Source of the DNA: Trypanosoma brucei
Taxonomy: Eukaryota
Reading direction: 5' to 3'
Assembly: GCA_000002445.1 (NCBI GenBank)
Contig: CP000069.1
Coordinates: 288,001-352,000 of the forward strand
Length of the DNA: 64,000 nt
A model generated the notes under the pieces. The model had not been told where the DNA came from. It saw only the letters and a list, made by a program, of their open reading frames with translations, and did no database searches. Positions 52,599-64,000 of the stretch are shown piece after piece (position 1 is the stretch's first letter; every line of letters starts with the position of its first letter). The position numbers and the translations under genes were made by a program.

Positions 52599-55529
52599 AT
52601 ATCCGTCATTATGTATTTATGAATAGATGTGGCACCTTTGAATGTAAAATGAATCGGGTGTCCCATGACATGGAAATGGAATATTGCAACGGGTTTTTTT
52701 GGGAGCCGCCGGATTCTCCCGCCCAATTAAGCGGGAACTGGTGAGGCAAAAAGGCATTCGGTGCGGTGCCTTACGGTTGGGAAGTGGGTGAAGCCGTGAC
52801 GCCGCCGTAGCGTCGCACACACACACACACACAGAGAGAGACCACCAGGCACGGACATTTGGGCAAAAAAGGGGGCAAAAACGGTTCGTACCGCAGCAAA
52901 TGGGGGCCCATTTAGTTCTGATCGCACGCAGTTGCAAGCGTCGGTAATATAATATCTTTCTGCTTGTCACCGCGTTTTGAAAGGCCAGCGGGATGGAAGT
53001 ATTTGGAAGGAGAGGGGGGGGGGCTCTAAGAACAAAAACAACAATAACAAAAAAAAAGGATCTGCCACCGCGGCGGCGATTTACTCATTGTCAGCCCCGG
53101 ACAGGACTTGCAGGGATCCGCGCTTACGCTGACTAGGGGAAACGATGAGGCATCTGCAGCAAAATAAATAAATAATAATAATACTTATGGTTCCGGCAAA
53201 TTTGAGGGAAATCATCGGCAAGCCGAATGAGGAAGATGCCACTCCTCGTCATATACACTCTTTGGGTTGGCACCGCGGTGAGGGAAACATGGGAGGTGAT
53301 GGGGAATAAATCCGTTGCGTGCCACTTTACTTTTAGTTCCCGCTACCGCTTCTTTTATGGGTTACCCTATCGGATAATAATGAAGGTGTTGTGACAACGA
53401 TGTCCACGCAGCCTCTTCAGCTTACGGTAGTATCGGCAACTAAAGCGGAACGTTCGCAGAAGGACATGCATTTCCAGCAGGAAACCGTGCATGTCTCACA
53501 CGGCTGTGGCGTAGCCTTCGGAAATTTTTGTTACTTTTATGTTGTTGTTGTTGTTGGGGCGCGATAGAAATAGCCTCCGCAAAACTCGGAAAAGCCGGGC
53601 ATCTCCACTCAACTTAGTTTGGAATGCGAGGCTACACGTGTAGAAGGAGCTGAAAGGGAAGAAGTGCCTGTGGAAATCTTGTTGGTGTGCGGTAGCGGCT
53701 GATTTCTCACCCGCCCACTACTCGAAACCGGTTCCAAGTCCGCGTATCATCACACACACGCGGTTCCTACGGCCACTTTTTCCCCCTCCAGTTGCCGCTG
53801 GCAGTTAAAATGGCAGTCGTAACTAAACTAAGGACCAATACTTATGTATGTGTGTGCGTGTGTGGGAGTGTGGCAGGTATTTTCTAAAAAAAGCAGTAGT
53901 CACCCCCCTTTCTCTCACTTTCACCATTCCTCCTCATTTCCTCGCCGATTGTGTGGCACTGTGCTGTGCTACGCAATTCAAATCCATATGAGAAACCACC
54001 TTTTGATTCCCCTTCGCAAACATCCATCCATTGCTTTCAAGTCCTCAAGTGTTTGTTGCCCCCGCGGCAACGGGAGAAGTTTGCATGCGGGGGACACATT
54101 TCACGCGCCCAAATGCATAATTGTACGCTCCATTGGCTCCTGAACATCTTTGCCATGCTTTAGAACGGCAAAACACCATCCGTGAAACTGAGGCAGCCAT
54201 TATGAGCGAGTCGGCAGTAATAATAATAGTAATAATAAGAGCAACAATGATGCTATTAATGGCGGCGCAACGTCTCCACCCGTATTTTTTTTTTTTGTGT
54301 GTGTGTGTGTGCTAAGGCTAACAACAGCGTGTCAAGTAAATTCTTTTTAAGGTAGGATGGAAAGAAAAGGACACAAAAATGAGTACTTAAGAGGAATGAG
54401 TTACATTCGCCTTTTCAGCACATCATCCGTTAATTCATACATACACCGTCCACCCCCTTCTCCCAACGTCGTGAAAGACCCTACACCATTGAATAATAAC
54501 AACCCCAACAAAGAAGAAAAAGAAAAAAAAAACAGAACAAACGAACAACAACAAAAAAAAAACAGAATTAATATGATGGCGGCATGTTGCCGAAGAGAAA
54601 AATAGGATATAAATATATAAATATACAAATATAAATATATATGTGTTTTTTTCCTTTTGTTCGGGGCGGGGGTGGTGGAGGGGCTCTGGCGCTTTTTCAA
54701 GACCGGAAGCAACTTCGCTCCGTATATGGCCCGTAAAGGCTCTCATGCCAAATTCTCGCATGTATTATTGTTTTATTTTTATTTTTGGGTGGTGGGAAGC
54801 TTCGCACCTGGCGCCAGCACCGTCCGCCGCGCTGAAACTGATTATATTTATCGCCATTGTTTTTGTTTTTCATTTCGCTTTTAACCCGGCAGCACAAGCA
54901 CGAGGCAAAGAGAAAGAGAAAGAGAAAGAGAAAGGGAAAGGGGGCCTCTGATGGCGCGATAACTAATTTCACATGCGCTTGCAAAATAAGTCCCCCCTTT
55001 CCCACCTCTTCGCGGTTCTATCATATTCACCAACGCACTCAACCAACTGCCGGCATCATTCTCCTCCTTCTCCACACTCTTCCCATCGTAGTGGTCCCGC
55101 CCTGCATCGTCCGCAACATAAATGTGGATACAAAAGTGAGAGGCAATTTATTTATTTACTTTTTTCCCCCTCTCTTCTCTTTTCTTTTCTTTTCTTTTCT
55201 TTTTGTTTTGTTTTTTTTTAAATATTTTTTGCGTCCTTAAATCTATTCTCTTTAATTTTTTTTGTTTTTCCCGCCCCATCCATACTCCCGCATGATGGCT
55301 GGTCGTCTCCACTACGGTGTCCAACTGCACAACCCCCTCCTCCTCCTCCACCCTCAAATGCAACGAACAGACTGACAAACAAATACATAGACGTACACAC
55401 ATGCATATATTTTATTTTTTTTAAAAAAGAGGGGGGGGGGAGAGGGGAAGAAGAAAAAAAAAAAAAGGGAAAAGGGAAAAGGAATGAGAAACATTTTCCT
55501 TCCGATTTTCCGCCACGAGCTATGGATGT

Positions 55530-55859
55530 TTACATGACGTCTTCTTCATTTGGCCACACCTCTAACCTCTTATAAAATTCATATTGAGTTTCAATCACCT
55601 TCAGGAAACGTATATTTCTGTCCCTTGCTCCAACTACCTCATTATAACGTTTTTGATGTTCCTCCGTGAGACTTCCTACTGCAAGTTTTTTTTGCGACCA
55701 CGATTTCATTTCCTTTTCAAACTCTTCAATCTGCCGCTGGACGTCTCCTCGTATGATATCCATGTCTTGCTTCAGTAACGCGCGATGCCAAAGCCTTTCG
55801 GGGACGAAATCTCCCTGCAGAATTTCCTTCCGCTCCCCGTAATAGTAGTACACAGTCAT
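55530..55859 (-). CDS. Hypothetical protein of 109 aa. It is an isolated small ORF, possibly conserved.
   Basis: The ORF MTVYYYYGERKEIL...EVWPNEEDVM has complex composition and a charged, helical character. It is flanked on both sides by simple-sequence DNA. It is co-oriented with the downstream PUF gene. Confidence 0.45.
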   Translation of the reverse strand: MTVYYYYGERKEILQGDFVPERLWHRALLKQDMDIIRGDVQRQIEEFEKEMKSWSQKKLAVGSLTEEHQKRYNEVVGARDRNIRFLKVIETQYEFYKRLEVWPNEEDVM

Positions 55860-58800
55860 AATGTATTGTAATAAACTAAAAAAAAAAAAATCACCACCCC
55901 CTCCCTAAAAATAAAGAGCAACTTGGCGCATTTAAAACAGCAACACTAATAATAATAACAACAATAACAATAATAACAACAGCAGAATCGTTAGAGTTAT
56001 TTCTGTAATTTTCCACACCCCGCTCCATCAACATTCATTACATAACCCCGATGTTATTATTTCCCAGATGTATCTGGTGCTGACAGCACAGCGCGAATAG
56101 ATAAAAACAAAACAAAACATTACTGCCGTTAAAAAGCGTGGGCGGAAAGGTGGAGGAGGTTTTGTTCATGTGCCGCCTCCTCCCATCGACTCCATTAATA
56201 TGTTTTGTTGAAGATATGAATAAACCAACACACACACATACAGCACATACGCACGCATATATTTATATATATTTATATAAAGGTGTTGTGAGAAGAAGAC
56301 GCGCAAATCCGTAAGTTCCATGAAAACGCCGTGCTTTGTGTGAATATTGTTTATTGCTTTTATTGTTTATGTATATATATGTGTATATATGTGTGAGTGA
56401 GTGAGTGAGTAATTGAGTTACATTAATTCGATGAAAACTCCTCTCCTCTCCTTCCCTTCCCTTTTTATTTTTGTTTTGTGTAGGAAAAAACAAACAAACA
56501 AACAAACAAAAAAGAAGGGGAAAAGATGTTAACATTTTAAGGACCACCGGTGGGGATCTGGAAAATTTACCACATGTTAGTTGACTCTACGCGCCATTTG
56601 TTGTTCAACTTACCGATATCATTTCAAGCTCCCTTCCCTTCCCTTCCCTTTTTTCTTTTTTTTTTTGTGTGTGTGTATCTTTATATATTTATTTATTTAT
56701 TTCCTTTCCCATTTGGTTCACGTACTTAATGCAAATCTATTAGCTACGAAATGAAGAAATGGATCTTTTCTTTTAAAAAAAAATGCTAAAGAGAGTAGCA
56801 AAAGAAGAAGAAGAAAAAAAAAAGAAAGAAGAAGAGGATATACATATATATATATATATGTATATTTTAAAAAAAAATATATATGGAATGAGGGAAACAG
56901 CAAGACCATCTTTATTTATTTATTTATTTATTTATCGTTGCCTACGTTCAAACCCTGCCGTATGAAAGGGCGATATTCCAGTCAACAACATATTTTGTTT
57001 CTGTTTTTACTCCATTTCCACACTCGTTTGGTACCGTACGGGAAACACATAAATGCCGTAATGAATGGAGACAACAGAAGTAATAATAATAATAATATAA
57101 TAATATAATATAATATAATATAACAATAATAATAATGGTAACAAAAATAAAAAGAAGGAAAAAGAAGTGAGAAGGGATTTATAAATAGTATATATTTATA
57201 GATATCATATATTCATATATTTATAAAGGTTTTGATAGAAATTTGGATGGACGGAAGGGAAAGTTAAGAAAAAACAAAGCAAAACAGAACCTTCTCCCTT
57301 CAAAAACAAAAAAAACAACGGTGGAACATGACAGTTTAGGTCCCGTACGTGGCGTGAGTAAAGGAAACTGTAAAGTAGAAAAAGGGAAAAATAATTAAAA
57401 AAAAACACGCACACAAACAAACAAACAAACAAAAAAAACAAAGAAAGAAAAAGAAAGGTGAAAACACCACCGTTTCGTCGGTTATCATCGTTGCCATCAT
57501 TCATTCACTTATTTTATTGAGCTGTTGCTTTTTTTTTTATATTGTTTTTCAAAAAATATATAAATATATTTATATATAAATATTAATATATCTCGTACAA
57601 AAACAAAATGAAAAAGCAAGCAAACAAAACAACTAAACACAAAAGCACACAAGTACAAATATTTATATAAATATATGTATGTTTGTGTATCAAAGCGTTT
57701 ATTATTTCTTTTATTTTTATTTTTTTTTTAGAAGAAAAGAAAAATCTGAAGACACTTCTCCTCTTCTCTACCGTGTTATTAATGTTGTTGTGTTGATGTT
57801 GCTACGCATCTCATCTTCTATAAATAAATCCCTCTATTTCATTTAATTTCCCCACATCTTCGTTTATAAATTTAAATAAATAAATAAATATATATATATA
57901 TATTTATCTATTTTTTTTTCTCCTCCTCCTCCTCCTTTTTTTTCTTCCTTCTAAAATCCTTTGCTTTTCGTTTGTTTGTCATGGTACAGTAGCAAAAGTA
58001 AAAATAATAAAAGAGTTCACAGCACGGGGATGAGAGAAGAAACCGAAGAGAAAAACGAAAAAAAAAAACAAAGCAATAAAATTGGGAAGTAAAATTACAA
58101 AGCAATAAAAGTAAAATATAACAAAAAACAAAAAACAAAAAACAAAAACACACAAAGAGATGAAATGAGACGAAAATGCCTCCCACTTCTCGTGTAGTTG
58201 AGGCGAAGTGTAATGAAGACTCAACTACACGCACAATAATAACAAAAAAAGAAAAAAAAAGAAATTTAGAAGGAAGTGCAGAATAAATTACGAGAAACAA
58301 ACTCTGTTATTCATCTTTAACTTCCTGGTACCACAACAGTAACAATAACAATAACAATAATAAAATACATACAAATACACATACAAATACACACGCACAC
58401 ACAAAAACACAAGCACGAACACAGACGCATATATAAATAAATACATTTATACACTTATACATTAATATATATATATAAATATAAAGAAAACCTGTTGCAA
58501 GTTCAAAGGTGGGTGTAGGCGCAAACCATGCAAAAACACATAAACATAAACATAAACACACACACACACGCATTGGTATTATATTGTTGTGTGTTGCATA
58601 ATGTTGCGAAACTCATACAAAAAAAAGGAAAAGAAAACAACAACAGCTCGTTGCCCACTCCCATTCCTATTGTTTCTTCTATTTTATTTTATTTTATTAT
58701 TATACTTTGTTTCCTTTCCCTTTCCCCCCTTTCCTCTCCTCCGAACATTTTCTATAATATATAAAATAATATGAGATAGATGAAAAACAAAACACGCACA

Positions 58801-61499
58801 CGCAAACTAAAACTAAAACTAATAATAATAATTTCATTTTGTATACGCAATGTTTGTTAACGCATCTTTTTTTTTCTTCTATTGCTTGTTTTTTGATCAT
58901 TTTTTTTTCCTTTTTTTCCTTTTTTTTTTTTGGGGGGGGGGGAGAGAGAGAGAGGACGAATATAACAGAAATAAAAATAAAAATATCCCCCACTTTTTGT
59001 TGTTTTTTTTTCATTTGGTTGAAGTGACGTGGCACCCGAAACAAAAATAAAATAAAATAAAAAATCACGGAGGCTCATCGCGCAGAAACGTGTCGAATCA
59101 CACGCAACGGTTGTCCGGAGGGGAATACACACACAAAAAAAATGCACGAAATAAAAAAAGGCAAAATAAATAAACACACAAACACACAAACACCGCTCCT
59201 CTCTTTTTATCTCGCCAAACAAAAAAAAAACAATTCCGAAGCCGATGGAAAAGTTGTGCAGAATTATATAAATATAAATAAATAAATATATATATATATA
59301 TATTAAAAAAAACACAGCGCGCGCCTTCTAAAAATAATAATAATAATATCATTAATTATATTAAAATATTCGTTTTGTTTATATCTTATATCTTATTATT
59401 GATCTTCGCTTCTTCTTTTTTTTTTTTAAAAGAACGTACACCACCATTGCATGCTTTCTAAACTCTTTTGCCCGCTCTTTTACATTTTCTCTTCTTTTCT
59501 GTTTCTATTTTCCCCCCCTTTTTTTAAAAAAAAAAAACAAACTAATTTGCAAAATTTCCCTTCACAGCGCAAAGTTACAAGCATAAGAACTTATATATGC
59601 CAAAGAAGGATTGATAATAATAACAATAATAATAATAGCAATCATAATAACAGTCACAACAAAAGGGCGAAAAATAAAATAAATGAGTAAAAAAAAAAAC
59701 AAAAAACAAAAACAAGAAACAGAAAAGGAAAAGAAAAGGTAAAAGAAAGAGGACGTGTGTGTGTGAGAGAGAAAGAGTTTGTGTGAGGAGGGACAAAAAG
59801 ATATTTTGATGGAAAAAGTAACAAAGTAACAAAATAAAAGAAGAAAAAAAGAAAAAGAAAAAGAAGGATGAGGATGAGGATGAGGATGAGGGAAAGGGAA
59901 AGGGAGAACACACCTGTGAAGTAACTTACAAATAAAACACACAAAATAAGTACATAGACTTACAAATTCACACATGAAAGAAATGATGAAAAGCAACGGC
60001 CTTTGGGATGTGTAAACGAACTTTACTTGACGTACTCGCATCCACTCAAAGAGGTTTTTTTTTTTAAAATTCATTCCGTTATTTCGCCTCATTTCACTTC
60101 TTTCCAGTCTTTTTTCTTTTTTTTCTTTTCTTTTCTTTTTTTATCTTATCTTATTTTTTTTGTGTTTGTGTTTTCTCTTTTCAAGAATTCTTCTCTTGTT
60201 GTACCACTAATAATAATAATAATACTAATTACGGTAATAATAATGACGACCATAAAACATTCTCCTCTAATTGATTCCTTTTTACTCCCATTGCAAAGGA
60301 ATATATATATATATATATATATTTTAAAAAAAAAACCCTCTTCCTTGGGTTTTGAGGGGGGGGGGAAAGGGATAAAGTTGGTATTGTTGCGGTGGTAAAT
60401 AAAAATAAAATTAAAGAACAAACAAACAAACTCTCTCTCTCACTCACTCTTACTTACTTACTCACTTACTCTATTCTTAAAGCTTCTCAGTTTTATTTTT
60501 TTCTCTATTATTTTTATTTATTTATTGGCATCTCCACATGCACTCCCGTTCCTTTATCTTCTATTTTTCTTTTTTTTTTAACTTTATATATATATATATT
60601 CTCTCTCTCTCTCACACACACACACACTTGTGCCAACACTTATTCATTTACTTATTTATTTGTTTTGTTGCATTATCCATATCCCCACTTTAGTTGTTGT
60701 ACCCGGTCGCGTTTAAAAACTTTACAAAAATAAAAAGAAAAGAAAAGAAAAAAAAAGAAGGGAGAGAGAGAAGAAGAATAGTGAGAAAATACAATTTTGG
60801 GATCACGCGGAAAATCAGAGGTTTTTTTCTTCAAAAAAAAAAATTCAACTCAATTCAATTCAATTCGTTTCTTACTTTTTCTTGTTATTTTTATTGTTAA
60901 TGTTTTTCCCCCCTTTTTTTCTTCTGTTTTTATTTTATTTTATTTATCCGGTTGATTTGCTTATTCACTTATTTGAGTTTTACTTTCACATGCGAAGCAA
61001 ATTAGAAATAAAATAAAAAACAAAAAAAAAAAAAAGAGAGCACAGCAAAGGAAATAATTAAAAAAACAACAACACACAAACACACACACACACACACAAC
61101 AAGCAAAGAAACAGACAACGAATAAGTAAATAAGCCACACGGAAACACAAAGACTCGTACTTTCGAAAGGAGAAAAAAGAAAACAAAAAAAAACAAAAAG
61201 AAAGAAAGAAAGTCAGAGAAAGAGAGAGAGTATTAAAAATGGAGCAAAACAAAAAGGCACAAGCACCAACCAACCAACCAACAAACAAACAAACAAACGA
61301 AAAGCAAAAAGAACAAAAGCACTTGACATTATGAGGCCTTATGTTAACATGAACCAACACGACGCCTTCATTTATGCCAAGTACTTAAAGATCCTTTTAT
61401 TTATTTAATTATTTATTCACTTTTTTTTACTTTTTTTTATTTATTTTTTTATCTACTTTTTTCCTTCTTCCTTCTTCACTTTCTTTATGCATCTGTATA

Positions 61500-61542
<43 letters not shown>

Positions 61543-61759
61543 TTATTGATCTGCTTCATATTTCCGTTTATATGTTCACTTGTCTCTGTGTCAAAGAACT
61601 AAAAAAAAAACAAACAAACAAAAACACACAAAGAAGCAACGGATGCACAATAAACTCCACCGCACCCTTCAAACAAACAACAAATAAAACAACAGCGATA
61701 ACGCCACCCTTTGCTGCAAATGCCTCACTACATTTACACTTATATTATATTATATGTTA

Positions 61760-61791
<32 letters not shown>

Positions 61792-62720
61792 CAATAGTAA
61801 TTACTATTACCATTATTACTATTTATGTTATATAGGTAAATTCATTTGTTTGTTTGTTTGTTTTTTTAACACAAACACGCGTCGTAAGATAATAAAAAAC
61901 AATAATAATAATGATAACAGTAATAACAGTGACATTCATAATACTAATCATAATGAAAAAAGTGAGTAACAGTAGAGGAAAATGCGGACACGCAAACGTC
62001 AAGAAGCAAACAAAAACGAAAAAAAAAACTGGAACCGGAACCGGAACCGAAACCTAAACCCAAAACGCACAACATAAAAAAAGAGAGAGGCAAAAAAAAA
62101 ACAAAACAAAACAACAACAACAAAAGAACTAAACAAAAACTAAAACAACGATGAAATAACGGGAAACTGTTGGATGAAGAGAAGAAAAATAAAAGAAGGC
62201 GGTAAGTAAAGAACAACAACAACAACAACAACAAAGAAAACAACGTTAACTACCAGTAAATAACAACAACAGCACCAAACACCAGCAATAACGAAAAAAA
62301 AAAAGGGAGCGAAGAGGAAGTAAAAAAAGAAAAAAAAACCAAGAGAGAAGAAAAGGTCCCGTTCACACTCGAACTTATTGCTGCTCTTTTTTTCTTTTTG
62401 TTTGCTGTCCTTATTATGATTATTATTATTATTATCATCATCATCATCATTAGGGCTATCATCAGTTTTCTCCCTCTTCCTCTTTCTCTTCAATTATATT
62501 ATATTATTTCCCGCTCCCGTTCCCTTTACCGCTTCCATTTTCCCCATCTCCACTGTCCTCCAACCCAATTTCCATGAAAAGCACTTCAATGGCGCCCGCC
62601 CGCCCACCACCAGCAGCAGCAGTCAAAACTCCATGCATTTAACAGCGGGCTTAAAGCGAGCAAAACGAGTAATTACTTGAGCGATTAAAAACAGCATCAT
62701 GATAATAATTTATCACCGTC
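55860..62720. repeat. About 6.9 kb of low-complexity, microsatellite-rich DNA. Examples are (TTTA)n 56914-56935, (GAGGAT)n 59866-59890, (TA)n 61495-61542, (CAA)n 62212-62235, (ATT/ATC)n 62418-62451 and poly-G runs at 58924 and 60356.
   Basis: All ORFs here translate to poly-F/L/K/N low-complexity peptides on both strands. The region probably includes the long 3'UTR of the PUF gene and the 5' flank of the 109-aa ORF. Confidence 0.8.
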
Positions 62721-62721
62721 A

Positions 62722-64000
62722 TCATCCCTTCCTGCCGCGTTGCGTTTGCTTTCGTTTATTTGAGCGCGGGCCACTAATCACATCGACAGCCCTCTGAACG
62801 TCTGCTAGCGGACCCCTCACCGATCCGGCGGCGCTGGCGGGTGGTGGTGGTGGTGCCGGTGCGAAACTTCCCAATGAAGCCAAAAGCGCTTTAATGATTT
62901 CGACTTCTTGTGGTTTCATCTGCGGTGTTTCGCCAGCCGTACCGCTGCCATTGATGTTGTAATTGGTGGCTGGCCGATCCATAGGGATATTTGAATGAAA
63001 CGACGACTCGATGACGGAGCGACTGACATCCGCCAGACGGTCGGTGTAACGGTTCCCAATTAAATCCGCCTCACCCGCGTTGACGCCCCTTTCCTGCAAG
63101 TGGGTAATGATACGTTCCCTTGCCTGTTCCATCTTGGAGGCAATACGCTTTCCGAAGTTGTGTTTCATTATTTCAGGACTGAGTTTATGCAAAAGAAAAA
63201 GCAACTGAGCAAGCTCAGGACTAATGGGAAGCACATCAAGCATCGTCTGCACAACGTAGTTTCCGTATGAATTCAGGACGATGGTTTCCAATGCCGTGTT
63301 TTCCTGATACGGAGTAACAAATGCAGCGGCAGGCTGGATCATTAACCGCTGCTGTGGGTCCTGTTCCCCCAAAACGTAATCCATCCCCATTAACCTCGCT
63401 GACATCCCTGTGTTGATTGTGGACCTATTAAATAAGAATCGACACAATTCTAGCTTGGCGCTCGGCGCACACCCCTGCACAATTTTCTCCACCACGTTGG
63501 AAGCGAACTTGTTCGCGCATAGAAGTTCGAGGGCTGGTCCTGCACAGTGAGCGGCTTCATTAACCACGTGTCGCTGTGACTGCGAGTTGCACATGCTGAT
63601 GAGGTGAGTCACCACATAGTTTCCATAGGGATTTAGGGAGAGTTGCAACATGTGACGGAGTATTGCTTTTTGAGTTCGTTGCAGATGCACATTTATTGCG
63701 TGGTCCATACACTTCTGAACGACGCAGCAGCCGTGTTTATCGTTACAGACATCCACGGTGTCCTTCACAATGACATCGTACAGAAATGTTAGATCCTTCG
63801 GCGAGATGCATTGAAGCAGCTTTTGAATAACGTGACCACCGTTAAGATCCGTCATAAGCTGCAGCGTTCCACGCTGAAGCGCCCGACAAACTACTTGGAC
63901 TTCTTGACTAGAGCGAAGTGAATCAATTAACTTTTGTACAGCGTAGTTTCCATGCGGGGAGATGGCAACATCGCACAGGGAAGCCGATATATGATAGTCC
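62722..64000 (-). CDS. Pumilio/PUF-family RNA-binding protein. The gene is 5'-truncated by the window edge.
   Basis: It has multiple Pumilio repeats: HGCCVVQKCMDH, NPYGNYVVTHLISM, NKFASNVVEKIVQG and NSYGNYVVQTMLDVL. I translated the minus-strand frame by hand from 63856 to 64000 and found no stop. That stretch also encodes PUF repeats, SPHGNYAVQKLID and DLNGGHVIQKLLQ. Confidence 0.85.
   Translation of the reverse strand, partial: DYHISASLCDVAISPHGNYAVQKLIDSLRSSQEVQVVCRALQRGTLQLMTDLNGGHVIQKLLQCISPKDLTFLYDVIVKDTVDVCNDKHGCCVVQKCMDHAINVHLQRTQKAILRHMLQLSLNPYGNYVVTHLISMCNSQSQRHVVNEAAHCAGPALELLCANKFASNVVEKIVQGCAPSAKLELCRFLFNRSTINTGMSARLMGMDYVLGEQDPQQRLMIQPAAAFVTPYQENTALETIVLNSYGNYVVQTMLDVLPISPELAQLLFLLHKLSPEIMKHNFGKRIASKMEQARERIITHLQERGVNAGEADLIGNRYTDRLADVSRSVIESSFHSNIPMDRPATNYNINGSGTAGETPQMKPQEVEIIKALLASLGSFAPAPPPPPASAAGSVRGPLADVQRAVDVISGPRSNKRKQTQRGRKG

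Larger units (their letters stand above)
50865..55529. promoter_or_regulatory. Convergent strand-switch region. It is the presumed Pol II termination zone between the plus-strand cyclase array and the minus-strand right-hand PTU.
   Basis: Plus-strand genes end at 50864. The next credible genes, at 55530-55859 and 62722-64000, are on the minus strand. There is no convincing CDS between them. The region contains a hairpin and (GT)n/(CA)n tracts. Confidence 0.6.

Noticed and set aside
52040-52726. A 228-aa minus-strand ORF and a 127-aa plus-strand ORF spanning the hairpin.
   Set aside because: Both ORFs contain the same peptide, YSHEGTELGFRQ, because they read through the two arms of the inverted repeat. 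Their composition is random and they lie in a convergent SSR. They are an ORF-finder artefact of the palindrome.
52100-52850. The possibility that the 47-bp hairpin is the core of a much larger decayed palindrome extending out to the (GT)n and (CA)n tracts.
   Set aside because: The reverse-complement comparison of the flanks shows only weak, patchy similarity beyond the 47-nt arms. The spacing is also asymmetric, at 414 versus 285 bp. I report it only as context.
1-64000. Retroposons such as ingi, RIME or SLACS, and VSG or ESAG expression-site elements (70-bp repeats, telomeric hexamers).
   Set aside because: I saw no reverse-transcriptase or endonuclease ORF, no TTAGGG arrays, and no 70-bp-repeat-like periodicity. 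The cyclase genes are therefore chromosome-internal GRESAG4 and not expression-site ESAG4.

Overview
This window looks like nuclear DNA from a trypanosomatid, most likely an African Trypanosoma (brucei-group); it is not prokaryotic. Three observations support this. Long same-strand gene runs (polycistronic transcription units, PTUs) meet at strand-switch regions (SSRs). Intergenic DNA is AT-rich and full of microsatellites, with polypyrimidine tracts upstream of genes (trans-splicing signals). A tandem array encodes receptor-type adenylate cyclases of the GRESAG4/ESAG4 family.

Layout, left to right:
1. 1-3830: a low-complexity, microsatellite-rich 'desert'.
2. 3832-20538: a minus-strand PTU. 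It holds a Ser/Pro-rich hypothetical, alanyl-tRNA synthetase, dephospho-CoA kinase, ribosomal protein L14e, a 595-aa orphan, a DEAH/R3H helicase and a signal-peptide PPP-like phosphatase.
3. 20539-27272: a divergent SSR, the presumed Pol II start zone. It contains a roughly 1-kb GC-rich island.
4. 27273-50825: a plus-strand tandem array of five near-identical 4.75-kb units, each encoding a roughly 1270-aa receptor adenylate cyclase. The copies differ by a mosaic, gene-conversion-like pattern confined to the ectodomain. The last copy has a different C-terminus.
5. 50865-55529: a convergent SSR, the presumed termination zone. It contains a striking 47-bp-stem inverted-repeat hairpin.
6. 55530-64000: a minus-strand PTU. 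It holds an isolated 109-aa ORF, about 7 kb of simple-sequence DNA, and a 5'-truncated Pumilio/PUF RNA-binding protein gene.

Two further points stand out. A diverged 1.1-kb inverted duplication (2237-3315 versus 26135-27232) brackets the whole left PTU together with the divergent SSR, and its right copy abuts the cyclase array. The hairpin in the convergent SSR is a candidate source of double-stranded RNA. I found no rRNA, tRNA, spliced-leader RNA, CRISPR array or retroposon.
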